Position numbers and translations under genes: made by a program. The notes below the pieces were generated by a model that was not told the DNA's origin, did no database searches, and was given only the letters and a program-made list of their open reading frames with translations. This document shows positions 48,701-60,471 of a DNA stretch of 64,000 nt, one piece after another. Within the stretch, counting starts at the first letter, position 1; the number at the start of each line of letters is the position of its first letter. Source of the stretch: Rhynchobatus australiae (taxonomy: Eukaryota). The stretch covers positions 80,659,451 to 80,723,450 of the forward strand of contig JAUZTB010000135.1 of assembly GCA_034780895.1 (NCBI GenBank). The letters run 5' to 3'.

Positions 48701-50749
48701 ACTGTGGAGAATATTTTGCCTAGGTGCTAGCCACAGAAGGTTGAGTTAATGAAATATCTCTTGGTCAACCCCTACCACCTTTGCCAGAGCATTGGCAAAA
48801 GTCCCACTGGTAACATTACCGTAATTAATGCTAGTAAAGAAATTAATCTAAGTCTAAATGGTTATGATTTTCCCATCAAGGTCCTGGAGGAAGTCAGAAA
48901 TTGGCCGAATTGATTTTGCAGTTGGCAGGAATAGTTCAATGCTTCAATCAAATGGACATTCTTTAAGTATGAGACTGTATAGTCAATGATGATGTGTTGT
49001 TCTGGGGGGGGGGGGGGGTAAAATTTGAATCTCTTTCAACACCCAATAAAATCCAATGTTCTNNNNNNNNNNNNNNNNNNNNNNNNNNNNNNNNNNNNNN
49101 NNNNNNNNNNNNNNNNNNNNNNNNNNNNNNNNNNNNNNNNNNNNNNNNNNNNNNNNNNNNNNGTAATTACAAGCACATTTGTATGTATTTGTAACTGTTC
49201 ATTTAATGAAATGGTGTCCAATAACAGCTCATCAACTGATGCCAATCATCTAATCTTTCTTCTTTGAAGAGTTCTAATGAATAGTAGGAAATTTCCATTT
49301 CCTACAACTGGGCAGCGGTGAAGGGGTAATCATTAAATTTAAAATTTTCACAATTTTTTCATATTATTAGAGCATTTAATATTTGATCACGGGGAGTACA
49401 GAACATTGCATAAATACGGAAGTAAAGATAAATACTGGGATAGGAGAGGAAAAGAAAGCAGTGGTGTTATTTTTCAAATGCTCTAGCAAGAAAAAGCAAA
49501 TCAGGCCTTTGTCCATACTGTGAACATAGTTGATCTGTGTGGTACCATTGTTTGAGCCATATTAGTGTTAAATTTATTTGAATTTGCTAAGCGATACATA
49601 TGTAGATATTTGTAGTTCAAGTTATGATGACCAACATACTGTGATGTTGGATATTATTATTGGATTTTATAATTGGATGTAATAATAATAAAGATACAAT
49701 GACAGGAATTGTTCTCCCATGTCAGAGGTTTGCAGGATATGCAGATCGTGATGGCAGTCAATGGTGATTCGGTGCCAGCACTGCCAAAGTGCATCTGAAT
49801 GATTAAATGTTGAGCTCAGCTTACATGGAGGATCCACTGTTCAGCAGCAGCAAGGACCCCCAACATCATTCCTCCTTCAACTCCACTCCACCATTATACA
49901 GTACATGCTATTTATTTACTAATTAATTCCACCATTATACATGCTATTTATTTACCAGTTAGTTACCGATTGACAAGGAGCATGTTGGGTGGAGTAATCT
50001 ACTATATGGTGTTACAAGATCTTGTTATGGTTTGTGAAGTCAATAAGGAGCGCATGTGGCAGAATCAAAGCAATGAGTGGCTTCATTTCAGAACTTCAGC
50101 AAAACTCTGCTGCTCCTAGACACGTCCTTTGGCACAGTCACCAAACAGAGAAAGGGAGAATTAGGAGAGGACACACAGAGCAGGGCAACCTATGTGATAA
50201 GGAAGGAGGAGGAAATAGTGCATCCTTACAAGGTGTGAAGTGTATGGAAACTGCAAAAAAATTGGGGATGTCACCTGCTTAAGCCAGGAGCATAAAGGCT
50301 TCGGCCTTTACAGCCTACCAACATGGGTTTGATTTTGTTCTGTATCTAGCTGCAGTATCGCGCATATTTTAGGACGACCTTAATGAGGCAGAGTTNNNNN
50401 NNNNNNNNNNNNNNNNNNNNNNNNNNNNNNNNNNNNNNNNNNNNNNNNNNNNNNNNNNNNNNNNNNNNNNNNNNNNNNNNNNNNNNNNNNNNNNNNNNNN
50501 NNNNNNNNNNNNNNNNNNNNNNNNNNNNNNNNNNNNNNNNNNNNNNNNNNNNNNNNNNNNNNNNNNNNNNNNNNNNNNNNNNNNNNNNNNNNNNNNNNNN
50601 NNNNNNNNNNNNNNNNNNNNNNNNNNNNNNNNNNNNNNNNNNNNNNNNNNNNNNNNNNNNNNNNNNNNNNNNNNNNNNNNNNNNNNNNNNNNNNNNNNNN
50701 NNNNNNNNNNNNNNNNNNNNNNNNNNNNNNNNNNNNNNNNNNNNNNNNN

Positions 50750-50900
50750 TCTCGGTTTGATCTAGTCACATCTGAAAGACAGTACCCTAGACAGTCAATA
50801 TTCCTTAATTACTATACTAATATGTTAGCCTAGATTTCTGTGTTCAAGGCATTGGAATGTTTGTTTAACAAACAACCTTCTACCTCCAGTAATGGTGCTA
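50750..50900 (-). mobile_element. Deu-domain SINE 5' relic
   Basis: Reverse complement has gtactgtctttcagatgtgactagatcaaaccgag core. Confidence 0.45.
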
Positions 50901-53229
50901 GACACTAAGTCATTGCTAACACAGCCAGGGTCTTTCATCTTTACCTAACTGTAGAGTAAAATTACCTATTAAATTTTGGGTATTTTTCCACACATTCTCT
51001 GGTTGGTTTGTAGAGGTCAATGGTATCCAAATTGTTCTTGTTGCCACTTGTTTAAAAAAGTGTGATCCAGTCATTTTCACCATTCTGGCAAATGTCATAG
51101 TTAGGATTAGCTGAATTAACACAGATCAGAAACAAAACTGTAACTTTTTGGTTGAACTGATCTTTTTTTGCAACCACAAATAAGAGTCCTTCAGCCAAAT
51201 TTGTTGCCGGAATATTGACAGTAATTCAGAGGATTGAACTTCAGAAGTCTGAAGACCCTTCTCCAAAATTCCATAACTTAAAAAAAACTGTGGCCTAAAA
51301 AGGTATAAAAGCATGTAGTTACAATAATGAAACTTGGATGCCTGCAGGTTCGGTGAGTACTCAAGCCAAAAAAGAATCTTTCTCCATTCACACAATCAAA
51401 ACCTGTTATAATTTGCATTTGCCAAACTTTATTGACATCCAGTGCTCCTTCAGATGAGTGCATTTATCTTGCTCCTTCTAGGTTATAGTTTGCACATGTT
51501 GCTAATCTACTTCCATTTGAGCATTTTTGGAGCTCTCTTTTGCAGTTTGCTAAAACACATTACTTTGTGCCATTGACACCAAATTTTGGCATTGTATTCC
51601 CTAAATTCATCCAAATAATTTGTAAACTCCGAAATCAAAAGTGATCAATACTGAGCCTTCATTAGAATCGCTAATTTTTCTCCTGCTCCTACTTCTTGAA
51701 TAAAGATACAACATGGACCATTTCCCAGGTATGCCTTAATTTCCATATGTAGATAAGATTGTAAAAATGTTGACAGCAGAAGCCTCTTTAATATCTGTGT
51801 TGCCTGCATTTTATAACATGAGCAAAATACTTTCACTTTCAGGCATTCATCTGATCCATTGGGACCACATCAGCTATTTGAAACTGCAATTCAAATCCCA
51901 GAGCAATGCATTGGAAGCATTGACAACAAGAATATATAAATAAAACAGACTTCACCCTTGTGTAGAGATTCCATATTTTAAAAGTTGCTAATAATAACTT
52001 AAATCAAGCCAGATGCATACACTTAGTTATGAACAGAGAACCGGGCATCCTTCTAACCCCAAGTCTATATGGAATAAAGATTTCCAAAAAACTGAAGCAC
52101 TAAGCCATTTCCTGCAATGCTGGAGTTCCTTGATGTTTGTATGACCACTAAATTTAGTACTTTTACTAACCCCAGCAGGACCCAGACTAACATTACGTCC
52201 ATCAGACATTTCTAGTGGTCACCCCCCTGTGGACTGTCCCAAGGAGAGTGTGAAAAATGTCCACAATTTAAAAGGATTCTGACTAGATCATTAAGGAGGG
52301 AAATGGAACTACACATTTGTAAGTGATATATTACCCAATCATCACGTCAAAGAAATGTGTTTGATACAAATACTCCTCATGGGTCTCAAGTAGTTATGTA
52401 CTGTGAAACAATTTATAAGACTTGACACTAATTGTTTGTTCTCTGACAGCACAAACCAGTTGCATCCCAGACCTATTACCTTTAGCCTCTTTCCAGTTAA
52501 GAGATTTATCAGTTTTAAACAACCACCTCTCTGAAAGAAGTTTTTGCGGTTTAAATTAGCATTTGGTTAAGACAAAATTATCTAAGTATAGTGAACGTAT
52601 TAGTCACATTAGGATCAATAATTTCAAATTATAATACCAATAATGTTATTTGTTAACAGGAATGCTTTTTATGATCATGGTGTTGCGCAAAATATTTCTT
52701 CATTTCTATTATTGTCACCAGAACAGTATCACCAAACACACCAATATCACTTGTTGTCATTCCACACAAATAAAGCCAGTTCTCTGTATTTGCCAATTGT
52801 GTGTTAATCAGACTACATGTTACCTGCCTGAATATCAGCCTGCTGACCGCAGCTGATCTTATAGGAGCAGTGTGACATATATAATGTGACAAACTCTTTA
52901 TCACCGGGAGTTTATCATTAGTAAAGAGCCATTGGAGAGGTGCTTACAAGAGCTGATGGATGAATTTAAAGGAAAGCAGAAACTTAAATATAAAGTGTGC
53001 GCATAGAATAAAATGCTCCTGCACTCATTACCCTTACTGCTACTTTATTGACATGTGTCAGCTTTGCAAAGGCTGTTCAGATAACAATGAAAATAGAGAG
53101 ACAGGAACCAGTTTTGTTTAATGATCAGTTAAGGGGAGGTATTGTAAAATGATATGACACCCAACTTATAGATGATTTACTATGTCTTCAGACAAAGTAA
53201 AATTAGTCAAAGAACTGTTATTTAGTGCT

Positions 53230-54112
53230 GCAATGAAAGTCATCATCAGTGTCTTTCACAAGTGCCACCTCCCAGTGCTCAAAAGGCCTCTCCCTGAATG
53301 ATGGTATGGAGTGTTCATCTAGAGCATAGTGGATATGATCTTTACTGTACAACAGCTCCAGGTAAAATGAAGGAAGCAATGCCAGTCACTGTACATGGTC
53401 TTTTTTGATTTCACCAAAGCCTTTGACACTATCTTTTGGGAGAGACTGTGGAATATCCCCCTCAAGTTTGGATGCCCACAGACATTTGCATCCATTTTAT
53501 GCTTGATCATTCCTGGCATGCAAGCCATAATAATAATCAATGGGCTTACAGCAGAGCTAACCTCAGTGAAGACCAGTGTTGAACAAGATTGCATCCTTGC
53601 TCCAAATACTTTTCTCAATCTTTCACACTGCAGAGTTGNNNNNNNNNNNNNNNNNNNNNNNNNNNNNNNNNNNNNNNNNNNNNNNNNNNNNNNNNNNNNN
53701 NNNNNNNNNNNNNNNNNNNNNNNNNNNNNNNNNNNNNNNNNNNNNNNNNNNNNNNNNNNNNNNNNNNNNNNNNNNNNNNNNNNNNNNNNNGGAGGTCAGC
53801 TCCGAGCCGTTGTTGACATACAAGCTGAATCATACAAGAGAATGGGTCTTATACTCAACATCTGCAAGATAAACATCATCCAGGAATCTACCCCAACTGC
53901 ACTGCATTGTTCACTGACAATACCCAGACCTTGAAAAACGTGGACCACACAGAAGCCCTGGATAAGTAGTGGAAGGAGCACACCACCTCAAAAACGACCA
54001 ATCCCCTCACCTCACCAGGCACCTCCTGCCCCATCTGTAGAAGAGAATAAGGTTGTTGTATTGGCTTCATGAGCCACCTTAGAATCCACAAAATGGAAGT
54101 AAATCATCCTAA
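53230..54112 (+). mobile_element. RTE (BovB-like) LINE relic
   Basis: MVFFDFTKAFDTIFWERLWNIPLKFGCP...KTSVEQDCILAP RT motifs, and a C-terminal CPICRR...IGFMSHLRIH zinc-finger-like motif at about 54027-54090. Confidence 0.8.
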
Positions 54113-55639
54113 GATATTGTAATGCTATGTTAATACATTTCCTTTTTAAAAAATACTGTGTGCATTTCCACTTTATAACTGTGTATAGTTCTGAGTCTGC
54201 CCAGTTTTTTTGGGTGTAGCAATAAAGAAAGCAACTACTGGTCTATATTGTGTTCAGCAGTGAATTTATATAATTGACGAGATCCAAGGGTTAAGCCATG
54301 AGAGTTTACACTGCTGATGAGTACGAGGAACTGGGAATGCAGGTGCAGTCATTTTGAACACTATGTATATCATCCAAAATTAAATTTTGCTGTCAATTTT
54401 TGATGCAGTATGTCAGATTTCTTGAAGTTATATCAGTTAGTGAGTCAGTCTACCAGGTGAGTCTGTAGTTGAAGAACAGACAAGAATTACTCACAAATAA
54501 TCTACTCAATTAGAATCTGTGCAAGTTAATCAATGTCAAAAGTATATGATTAAATAAACAACAATGCTCAACACACCTACAGCGTGGTTGGTTACTAACA
54601 AGATGGTCACCACAATGTCTAACCTTATGCCACTGATGCACATTCTCAGTCATTCTTCGTTCTGACCCATTGGGGAAAATGTTTCACAGGTTTGCAAGGG
54701 CAATAACAGGATTTGGAATCACAGAACAAGACAAAAAAAATTCCCTTCATAACATGGTGGTAAAAAAATAATTTTTTTTATGAACTATTATCAACTACAA
54801 TTAATGGCTATATAGCAACATGTCCCATTCCTCAGCACAATGTGGTATGGAAGACAATCATGTTCCATCACACAAGGCAAGAAGAAAATCAGTTGCTCAA
54901 CATTCCATTCATCTGAGACAACTTGGCAAGAGCTGAAATTGCAGATCACACAGATGCAGATATTCAAGCAACAGACAGAAAGCACTTGGAAAGGATATCA
55001 AATTGTCCAAGCTGCTGGAGTCAGTAAGACCATTGTTACTCTCAGAAAATAGAACAACCAATGTAAGATGGTGTTAAAATACTGTTGTGAACACAATCAG
55101 GAGAGAAAAAATCCAAGGAAGAATTTTTCATACAAAACCATCAATCACCAGCCTCAAAACAGTTCCCATATTCCGAAAAAAATGAATAAAAAGCTACATA
55201 TGCATGCTGACAGCAATTTTTTCCACATACTCTCATCGGTAACAATGAAAATTTTGAATAATAATTCAGAAAACATCATGCACACATAAGTAAAAGTGTA
55301 GTGTACAATTTAATTTTATGTAGTTGGAAATAGCTGGATGCAAGACCTCAGTCACATTCAACAGAGATGACAGAGTTCCAGATTGGTAAGAGCAACATGT
55401 GAATTTAATAAAGATCATGTTCTGTACATTTGCTAAATCTGCATTAACTGTTTTAAAAAAAACACTAGCAATGATCACAATTCTCCCAATTGTTCCTTCC
55501 TCTAATAATTTTTCATTGTCATCCAACTGGGTGGGACGGCATCTGCAAAGATTCTATTTTTGTCTTTCCAGTTATTGGCAGAGAATTGACAGCAATGGCT
55601 ACTCTTATCATTGGACATCTTGTGAACCTGAAATCTCAA

Positions 55640-55737
55640 AAGACTTGGATGAAGGGTCTCGGCTGAAACATCGACTGCCCATTTCCCTCCANNNNNNNNN
55701 NNNNNCCTGCTGAGTTCCTCCAGCATTTTGTTTTTTG
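55640..55737 (+). mobile_element. Penelope-like terminal-repeat fragment
   Basis: gatgaagggtctcggctgaaacatcgactgcccatttccctcca...cctgctgagttcctccagcattttg. Confidence 0.65.
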
Positions 55738-56779
55738 ACTGAGAAATGTATTCTCAACAGGTAATTTTAATGTATTTACTGATTTCATTTTCAAAAAAAT
55801 TGTTCTGATGTACTATTTAGCTTTTGAATATTAAAGTATACTTTGGTGTTTTGTGGAATTTTATTTCCATTTATTTATTGCGGTATTTACAGTTTTTTTT
55901 AGGAGACATAACACAAGGCAGAGTGCTTCCCCAGAGATCACTGGCCAAGGCGCTATCAAAATTTGAAAAAGGGGGGGGGGCGGGTAATTGTAACTTGTGG
56001 ACAACTCTGTACATTGCAGGCTTTATATTATAGAATACTGAATGTGTAAGACCAAAGAAATCAGAGAAAGACAATACATTTCAATCCTGGAATGGTATTT
56101 TACTGATTTCACCAGAACCGATGACTTCCTGTGGTTTTGCACCCACCAAACTGATAATCCTTAACATCCACAATTATCAATTCACATAAGCATTTGCCTA
56201 TTGTTCGCTGTTGTTCCTCTTTGTTATTACATACGATTTGAAAGGCAGCCAATTGGCCTTCTATAATCTAGGCCACATGGTAACCAAGAACTCCTTGGTG
56301 AATTATTTAATGTAAAAGCTATTCATTTTTCTTTTTATGTCAAAGTGCATAAAATGAATAAAAACAAGCTTCTTTCTTTTAACATGGCTGCAATCAGTCC
56401 CCAGTCGTGTACAACTCCAAGTGCATAATAAAATTATATTTAAAGGGGAGGTTTGCAGCAAAGAAATAACTGTTTCCTCTCTGACTTTCAATTCTATTTT
56501 TACCTCCCGTCATCAAGATTAAAGACGCATTGTGGCTAGCAACTATTTGGTACAAAATAGTTGCCGTTATCTTGCTGGATATTACCAGGTTATTTCTCTG
56601 TGCAGAGGAGGATCACTGCCAAAACCTACTTCTCATCTGATATGTATTTCCAGAGGTGCAGTGTGCAGAAACAGGAAACTGGATTGCTGATTCTGCTCCA
56701 TCAATTGGGGATCACTGTTTCAGTTGCAAACATAAGTGTAAAACCATTGAATTTGATTGCTCCAATGCACTGGCTTTTG

Positions 56780-57250
56780 GCTGGCTTCCCTCATTTTACC
56801 TCCTGTAAATCTGAACTCATCCTTAACTCTCCTGCCTTTGTCCTAATTCACACTTTCCTGTTCACCCATCAGCCTCTGCTGGTTGACCTACAGTAGCTCT
56901 CAATGCTCCAATTTTAAAATTCTTGTTCTACTTTGCAAATATATGTCTTTGTACTGCCTCTAGCCCTCATCTGAGCTGGCTGTGCTCCTGGAATTCTGGC
57001 CTCGAGTATCCTGATTTTATTCACTTCATCACTGGCAATAGTGCCTTCAGCTGCTATGGCATGAGGATCTGGAATTCATTCCCTAAACCCTCCCTTCTTT
57101 ATAATTCTTATTTCATCTTTAAAATCTAACTCTTTGACAAATTTAGGTCATTTGGTCATAATTCCTTCTGTGGCTCAATACAAATTTTGTTGATAATACT
57201 CAATGTCATGTTGCTTTAAAGGTGTTATATAAACACAGGGTGCTATTATT
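56780..57250 (+). mobile_element. L2-type LINE 3' end
   Basis: Degenerate FKILV and GNSAFSCYGMRIWNSFP motifs followed by an L2-like tail (aaaggtgttatataaac...tattattgtt). Confidence 0.55.
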
Positions 57251-59344
57251 GTTATAAGGCAACATAGAGCAGAGATCAAGGGAGTAACTTTACTGATGTG
57301 CATCGATCAAAAACACAACATAGAGCATGTAACTAATGTGCTATGAAGAACACCCTCTGGCCATATCTGTCAACATTGTCCAAGTTTTTGATCTTGATAC
57401 CAGAATACTGCTATCAAGACTTCAATAAGTAAACTACATAATATAACTGGCTGATTGATTTGGCAATTGACATAACATGAGAAGCAAATANNNNNNNNNN
57501 NNNNNNNNNNNNNNCTACATTGCACCTGACCATTTGCAAAAAAAATTTCCACAATTAAGCCATGCAAGAAAATAAGAGAAAATGTCCCTAATTTCTTCAA
57601 GGAGAATTGCACTACCATATAGTTTGACGTTGATGTAAGGAATGATCGACAATTAGAATTTCTAAAATTATCAGCATCATCCTTGACCATGACAAACAAG
57701 CTACAAAAGAAATTGTTGGCAAGTTCACCAACCAAAATCGGTTCTAATCATGTTGTATGGTTGATGTATTTCGACCACTACCAGCTCTCCTTTGTTGACC
57801 TTTATTTTGTGTTCCAGCACTCTATAATATACAATTCACTTTAACATACAAAACATATCCAGCCAGATTTTGCAGTGGAAAATACAAGTGTATTTGTTAC
57901 TAAGCAGTAATCCACACAGCAACTTCTACCATCAAACACATGCACTTAAACACAGAAATCAGGAAGCTTAATTGCTCGGCAAATCCAGAAGGTTTGTCTC
58001 CAAGCAAGAGCTTCACCATATAGTATGTCAAGCTGCTATACTCACCCATGAGCTAAGNNNNNNNNNNNNNNNNNNNNNNNNNNNNNNNNNNNNNNNNNNN
58101 NNNNNNNNNNNNNNNNNNNNNNNNNNNNNNNNNNNNNNNNNNNNNNNNNNNNNNNNNNNNNNNNNNNNNNNNNNNNNNNNNNNNNNNNNNNNNNNNNNNN
58201 NNNNNNNNNNNNNNNNNNNNNNNNNNNNNNNNNNNNNNNNNNNNNNNNNNNNNNNNNNNNNNNNNNNNNNNNNNNNNNNNNNNNNNNNNNNNNNNNNNNN
58301 NNNNNNNNNNNNTGGTTCTGACTTTGTTGCCTCAGTAGGGATTATTTAATTTAATTGATTATGGTGACACACCATTGCTTTTCCTGTTCTTGCAGAGCCT
58401 GGATCCCTTGCAGAGCGCTCCATGCTCTCTCAAATCTTCAAGTACCACTGCAAAATGTTGCACAAGTCTACCAGCATGGGCTAAAGTAATAAAAGGTTAC
58501 CAGGCTATTATTTTCTGCTGATTGTAAAATCTAGGAAAACTGGTAGCTGAACTCTAGTTTTTAAATCAAGCCAGATACTAAGCACCAAATCCTAGTAAGA
58601 AATGAGAAAGAACTGTGCATACATCAGCAATTTACTGCAACGTTACTAGGTCAGCACATATGAAACAAAATGGTAAACCAATGACAAACTAAATTAGCTT
58701 TTATAATCTACATTTGTCAATTTGAAATTATTACTTGATTACACTATTCATTACTTAAACACAGATATTCTGCACCAAAAAGCTACTGAATAAATAAATC
58801 ATATAAATCAAGTAGCTCTGAATTAAGAATTCACTGTATATGCACATCACAAATTAATTCCTACCATGACAATCTGGAGTCTTTACCAAGTCAGAGAAAT
58901 AGCTTAATATTAAATGTTAAATTTTTAAAAAGTTGCTACTGTAGCTAAATGTTTCCTATATAGTTTAAATTTAGAATGCTGACTTGAAATACTGACAGCG
59001 GGCAGGATCTTTTAGTAGGTGCATGCTGATGACATAATTAAGAATCAAAAATCANNNNNNNNNNNNNNNNNNNNNNNNNNNNNNNNNNNNNNNCACGTTT
59101 TATTGTTTATAGTGATTCAACAATATTCATATTACTGGAAAATTTTCATTGTTCTACACTTAACCTTACTGATCTCTGGTCATATTACTTCACAGTTTGA
59201 AACTTTGTAGGCACTCTTTTTAAGGACTAATTGGACATTTTGCTCAATTGGAGGAAATGGTGTAACAAAGCTTTAATTTTTCAGTACAAAATCTCTAAAA
59301 GAAATGGCATGCATAGCTGTGAATGCTGGTGGTTGCAAAATTCT

Positions 59345-59700
59345 TTGATGGCTTATTTGGTTAGGGAGTCTACACTGTTTAATACCATGACATAGAAACA
59401 AATTGTTTCCGATTGATTTATGGTCCATGCTGAGTCAGCTTATCTCAGGTGGAATGCAACAATTGGCCTAAAAAACCCTGGGATAGGAAGGCGAAAAGAA
59501 TCAGTTAACATTCCTGCTCTAACTACAATCTGAGAACTCCAGCTGGAAAGAACATATGTTTGTCTGTTGGGTGAGGAAAAGATAAGGCTTGGTTCCAATG
59601 GCCTCTATGATTGAACAGCCTGCTGACACTGATTGTTTAGCTTAAAATAATAACAAGTCGGATTAGATACTGTAGTCTGCTAGCACAGTGGATCGTTATG
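59345..59700 (+). repeat. Old interspersed SINE-like repeat, family not identified
   Basis: tgctgagtcagcttatctcag...caattggcct...ttcctgctct...gctggaaag...gggtgaggaaaagat...aacagcctgctgacact resembles a recurrent elasmobranch repeat. Confidence 0.35.
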
Positions 59701-59976
59701 CATTAGGCATCTGTGCAAAGAAAAAAGTGAAAGGGTAAAACTCATTTTCATTTGCTTCTATTGTGTGCTTAGTTCAAGAGTCAGGTAAGGAGCAAGTCCA
59801 ACTGTTAATCAAAAATAAATAATACGAATAAACCTTTATCGCTGAAGAATCCTTGCAATATTTTGGATTTTAACTTGCCTAAAAGTTACGAATTTGCCCA
59901 TAAATTACCAGCACATAATTAAGGAATTCACTACGATTTTCAATGTCTCTCTCAAATTCAATTTTCTGAAACTTAC

Positions 59977-59996
59977 CATCTTTGTTGAAAGATGAT
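59977..59996 (-). other. stau2: Candidate 20-nt frameshifting micro-exon of stau2
   Basis: ctgcatactttttcttcttcag|ATCATCTTTCAACAAAGATG|gtaagt; near-consensus splice sites after a 226-nt intron from the GFQ exon. Confidence 0.5.
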
Positions 59997-60222
59997 CTGA
60001 AGAAGAAAAAGTATGCAGAAAATGGTACATGTAGTGGTTATGTTCACTAAACCTGATCTTAACCAGTTAACATTAAAAATATTTTACAGTTGGACACATA
60101 GGTATCTTGCTAACTTTGCAAAACAAAAGAGAATGCAGAACGTTATATGCATGGTTTAACATACCATACGATTTTTTAAAAATGTGTAAAAATTAACTGT
60201 TTAGCGGTTTCACTTTCCCCAC

Positions 60223-60471
60223 CTGAAAACCTTGGATTCTGGCTAAGTACTCTAGCTGTTGAGAGGGTTGTACTGCTGAACAGGGGGAAGCTGGTGCTTT
60301 TCCTTTCAAACTTATAGCTTCTGCAGTTGGGGACGTCCCATTCAGCAGAAGCTCCCTTGCAATAGTTGCTGTATTGCTTGTAGTGCTGAAGAATGAACTA
60401 CATCCTTGGTTTATTTCTTTAGATGTCAGATAGTTCATTGTGGGAGCTGCCTTGTTACGACTTGCTTCCAT
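60223..60471 (-). CDS. stau2: Staufen2 exon (tubulin-binding/Staufen-swapping region and start of dsRBD5); 5' end hidden in N gap 60472-60541
   Basis: MEASRNK...[52 protein letters not shown] matches the vertebrate STAU2 motifs [13 protein letters not shown] and [15 protein letters not shown]; donor CAG|gtgggg. Confidence 0.95.

Noticed and set aside
49888-49955. Short tandem duplication ccaccattatac...atgctatttatttac (also a ~15-mer at about 63893-63922)
   Set aside because: Two-copy local slippage duplications with no spacer structure; not CRISPR-like and no sign of function.
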